A stretch of 55,928 nt of DNA from an uncultured Bacteroidales bacterium (GTDB lineage Bacteria; Bacteroidota; Bacteroidia; Bacteroidales; Paludibacteraceae), in contig CAMHGK010000001.1 in NCBI GenBank assembly GCA_946184695.1, positions 1 through 55,928 of the forward strand, given 5' to 3'. This document shows, piece after piece, positions 54,221 to 55,928 of the stretch (positions are counted from its first letter, which is position 1; each line of letters begins with the position of its first letter). The notes beneath the pieces are model-generated. The model did not search any database. It saw nothing but the letters and a program-made list of their open reading frames with translations, and was not told the DNA's origin. The translations under genes were made by a program, and so were the position numbers.

Positions 54221-55201
54221 ATGATTAGAGATTTGCTTCGCCTTGTCAGATGGGAAAACCTGCTGATGACTATTCTTGTGCTTCTTCTCATGGAGAAACT
54301 TGTGGCTGTACCTATTCTTGACAAAGCACTCTTCCCTGAGGTTCTGCCGCACTATATAATCTTGCTGATTTGTATGGCGGTGGTGTTTATTCAAGCAGGC
54401 GGGAATGTCATCAATGACTACTTCGATATAAAGATAGATGCCATCAATCGTCCTGAAAGGCTCATAGTCAGTCGAAGCATCAGTAAGACGACAGCCATGC
54501 TGCTGCATCAGGTGCTGTCAGCGATAGGTATAGTGGCAGGCTTAGCAGTCGCAGTAGTGCTTCGCAGCTGGTCGCTCGGACTGATATTCTTATTCGTACC
54601 CGGTCTGCTATGGTTCTATTCATCGTCGTACAAACGCCAGTTTATGGTTGGGAACCTGATTGTATCGCTTGCAGCGGCGCTTACGCCCTTTGTCATAGCG
54701 ATAGCCAATGTGGCATACTTAGAGTTGCATTTCTCTAATGTCAATGGCTACAATGTCCTTGCCGACATATCCCTGACTCACGATATCTACATGAGCATAG
54801 GCATATTCAGCGTGTTTGCATTTATATCCACATGGGTACGAGAAATAGAAAAAGACATGCAGGACCAAGAAGGCGACAGAGAGTTAGAATGTCACACAAT
54901 GCCTGTCAAATGGGGCGAAAAATCGACTAAAGTATTTGTCAGTTTGCTCATCTTAGTGATGGCGGCAATGCTCTGCTACGTCAATTTCCGTATGTTGCCC
55001 TATCCACACGGCTGGCAGTCGGTTACCACCCGCTACCTTGTATTCGGACTGCTCATTCCTATTGCATGCAACCTATATGTACTATGGAAAGCAAAGATAT
55101 CGTCCGACTATCGCAATGCACAACTTCTCACCAAAGCGATCATGGTCATAGGTATGTTCTATAGCGTAGTCTTTGCTATTTCTTATGCAGCAATGGCTTG
55201 A
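54221..55201 (+). CDS. UbiA-family prenyltransferase
   Basis: NVINDYFDIKIDAINRP (NxxxDxxxD), a second Asp-rich motif DMQDQEGD, and about 8-9 TM helices. Confidence 0.85.
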   Translation: MIRDLLRLVRWENLLMTILVLLLMEKLVAVPILDKALFPEVLPHYIILLICMAVVFIQAGGNVINDYFDIKIDAINRPERLIVSRSISKTTAMLLHQVLSAIGIVAGLAVAVVLRSWSLGLIFLFVPGLLWFYSSSYKRQFMVGNLIVSLAAALTPFVIAIANVAYLELHFSNVNGYNVLADISLTHDIYMSIGIFSVFAFISTWVREIEKDMQDQEGDRELECHTMPVKWGEKSTKVFVSLLILVMAAMLCYVNFRMLPYPHGWQSVTTRYLVFGLLIPIACNLYVLWKAKISSDYRNAQLLTKAIMVIGMFYSVVFAISYAAMA

Positions 55202-55745
55202 TACGTTCGGCCAATTGTTCTGTCGGCAGACCGACCACATTAAAATAGGAGCCCTCTATCCGTTCGACTCCAACATATCCTATCCATTCCTGAATACCAT
55301 AGGCACCTGCCTTATCCAAAGGTCGGTAGTTATCGACGTAGTAGTTGATTTCGTCGTCGGAAAGTACCTTAAATGTGACATCAGTACGAACAACAAAAGA
55401 TTGCTGTTGAAGGCAAGTAGTCAGGCATACCGCAGTATATACCTGATGCACGCTGCCGCTCAGTATTCGGAGCATACGACGGGCATCATCAATACTTGCA
55501 GGCTTTCCCAGCATCTCACTGCTACACCAGACAATAGTATCGGCTGTTATCAGCAAGTCGTCGGCTGAAAGGCGGTGGTGATAAGCTGCCGCCTTCTGCT
55601 TGCATATATAGAGGGGGATATCGCCTTTACGAAGATTTTGAGGGTAACTTTCGTCACAGTTGATAGCGACTGTGGTGAAAGGTATATCAAGCCCCGCCAA
55701 CAGTTCCTTACGGCGAGGCGATTGCGAACCGAGTATTATTTGCAT
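55176..55745 (-). CDS. maf: Maf-family nucleoside triphosphate pyrophosphatase
   Basis: MQIILGSQSPRRKELL, DTIV and GAYGIQ motifs. The ATG at 55745 is preferred, because the longer ORF would overlap the upstream gene's 3' end. Confidence 0.9.
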   Translation of the reverse strand: MQIILGSQSPRRKELLAGLDIPFTTVAINCDESYPQNLRKGDIPLYICKQKAAAYHHRLSADDLLITADTIVWCSSEMLGKPASIDDARRMLRILSGSVHQVYTAVCLTTCLQQQSFVVRTDVTFKVLSDDEINYYVDNYRPLDKAGAYGIQEWIGYVGVERIEGSYFNVVGLPTEQLAERIKPLLHKK

Positions 55746-55770
55746 ATTAGGAAAATGCGATGTGAGAATA

Positions 55771-55928
55771 TTAGAATAATGAAAGCTGCGAATCATCGTC
55801 GTCGCTGACCGATTTGGCTCCGCGTGATTTGCGTGAAGACCGCTTCTCTGGCACCACCACTTGAGAATCTTCGGGCTGCGGCACTTCTATTTCCATCGGG
55901 ATATCATCTACATCATTCACTTCGTCAG
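55771..55928 (-). CDS. 3' end of a window-truncated ORF (acidic/basic low-complexity tail), product unknown
   Basis: Minus-strand frame is open from the window edge to TAA (plus-strand tta at 55771-55773): ...DEVNDVDDIPMEIEVPQPEDSQVVVPEKRSSRKSRGAKSVSDDDDSQLSLF*. Confidence 0.4.
   Translation of the reverse strand, partial: DEVNDVDDIPMEIEVPQPEDSQVVVPEKRSSRKSRGAKSVSDDDDSQLSLF

Overview
This is a 55.9-kb chromosomal segment that looks like a Bacteroidota (Bacteroidales-type) genome. I count about 50 protein genes and one tRNA. There is no rRNA, CRISPR array or recognisable mobile element. The taxon call rests on eight intergenic TTTG-N19/20-TAnnTTTG promoter motifs, a long-tailed S16, GldH, a DUF5686-type protein and the general absence of Shine-Dalgarno sequences. 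Most of the window is ordinary core genome. It holds ribosomal proteins (rpsF-rpsR-rplI, rpmE, rpsP, rpmH, rpsT) and obg, ychF, pckA, folE, holB, rbfA, xerD, apt, tsaC and maf. It also holds an S41 peptidase, dCMP deaminase, an AsmA-like protein, a fused NfnAB-like oxidoreductase, a ClC channel, a CaCA antiporter, a GH13 amylase and a five-gene glycan-assembly cluster.

The unusual block is at the left edge (234-8592). It is a tightly packed four-gene cassette. The first gene encodes a membrane-anchored Hanks Ser/Thr kinase with five N-terminal DKT[TI]RP repeats. The second encodes a 1115-aa zinc-ribbon protein with four tandem CbxX/SpoVK-type AAA+ modules, the first of them degenerate. The third encodes a double-zinc-ribbon FHA protein that carries one more KTTRP motif about 30 residues before its FHA core. 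The fourth encodes a PP2C phosphatase. I read this as a phosphothreonine writer/reader/eraser set coupled to a large ATP-driven remodeller of unknown function. It may continue upstream of the window.

Secondary observations:
- Short-period (7-10 bp) tandem arrays sit just after the stop codons of at least seven unrelated genes, including the same AATGCAT heptamer after both obg and pckA.
- An orphan promoter-plus-terminator unit (small-RNA candidate) lies upstream of an orphan PotD-like gene. That protein has an unusual C-terminal membrane anchor.
- Two adjacent hypothetical ORFs probably form one frameshifted gene.

All family assignments come from motif recognition by eye; no database search was possible.
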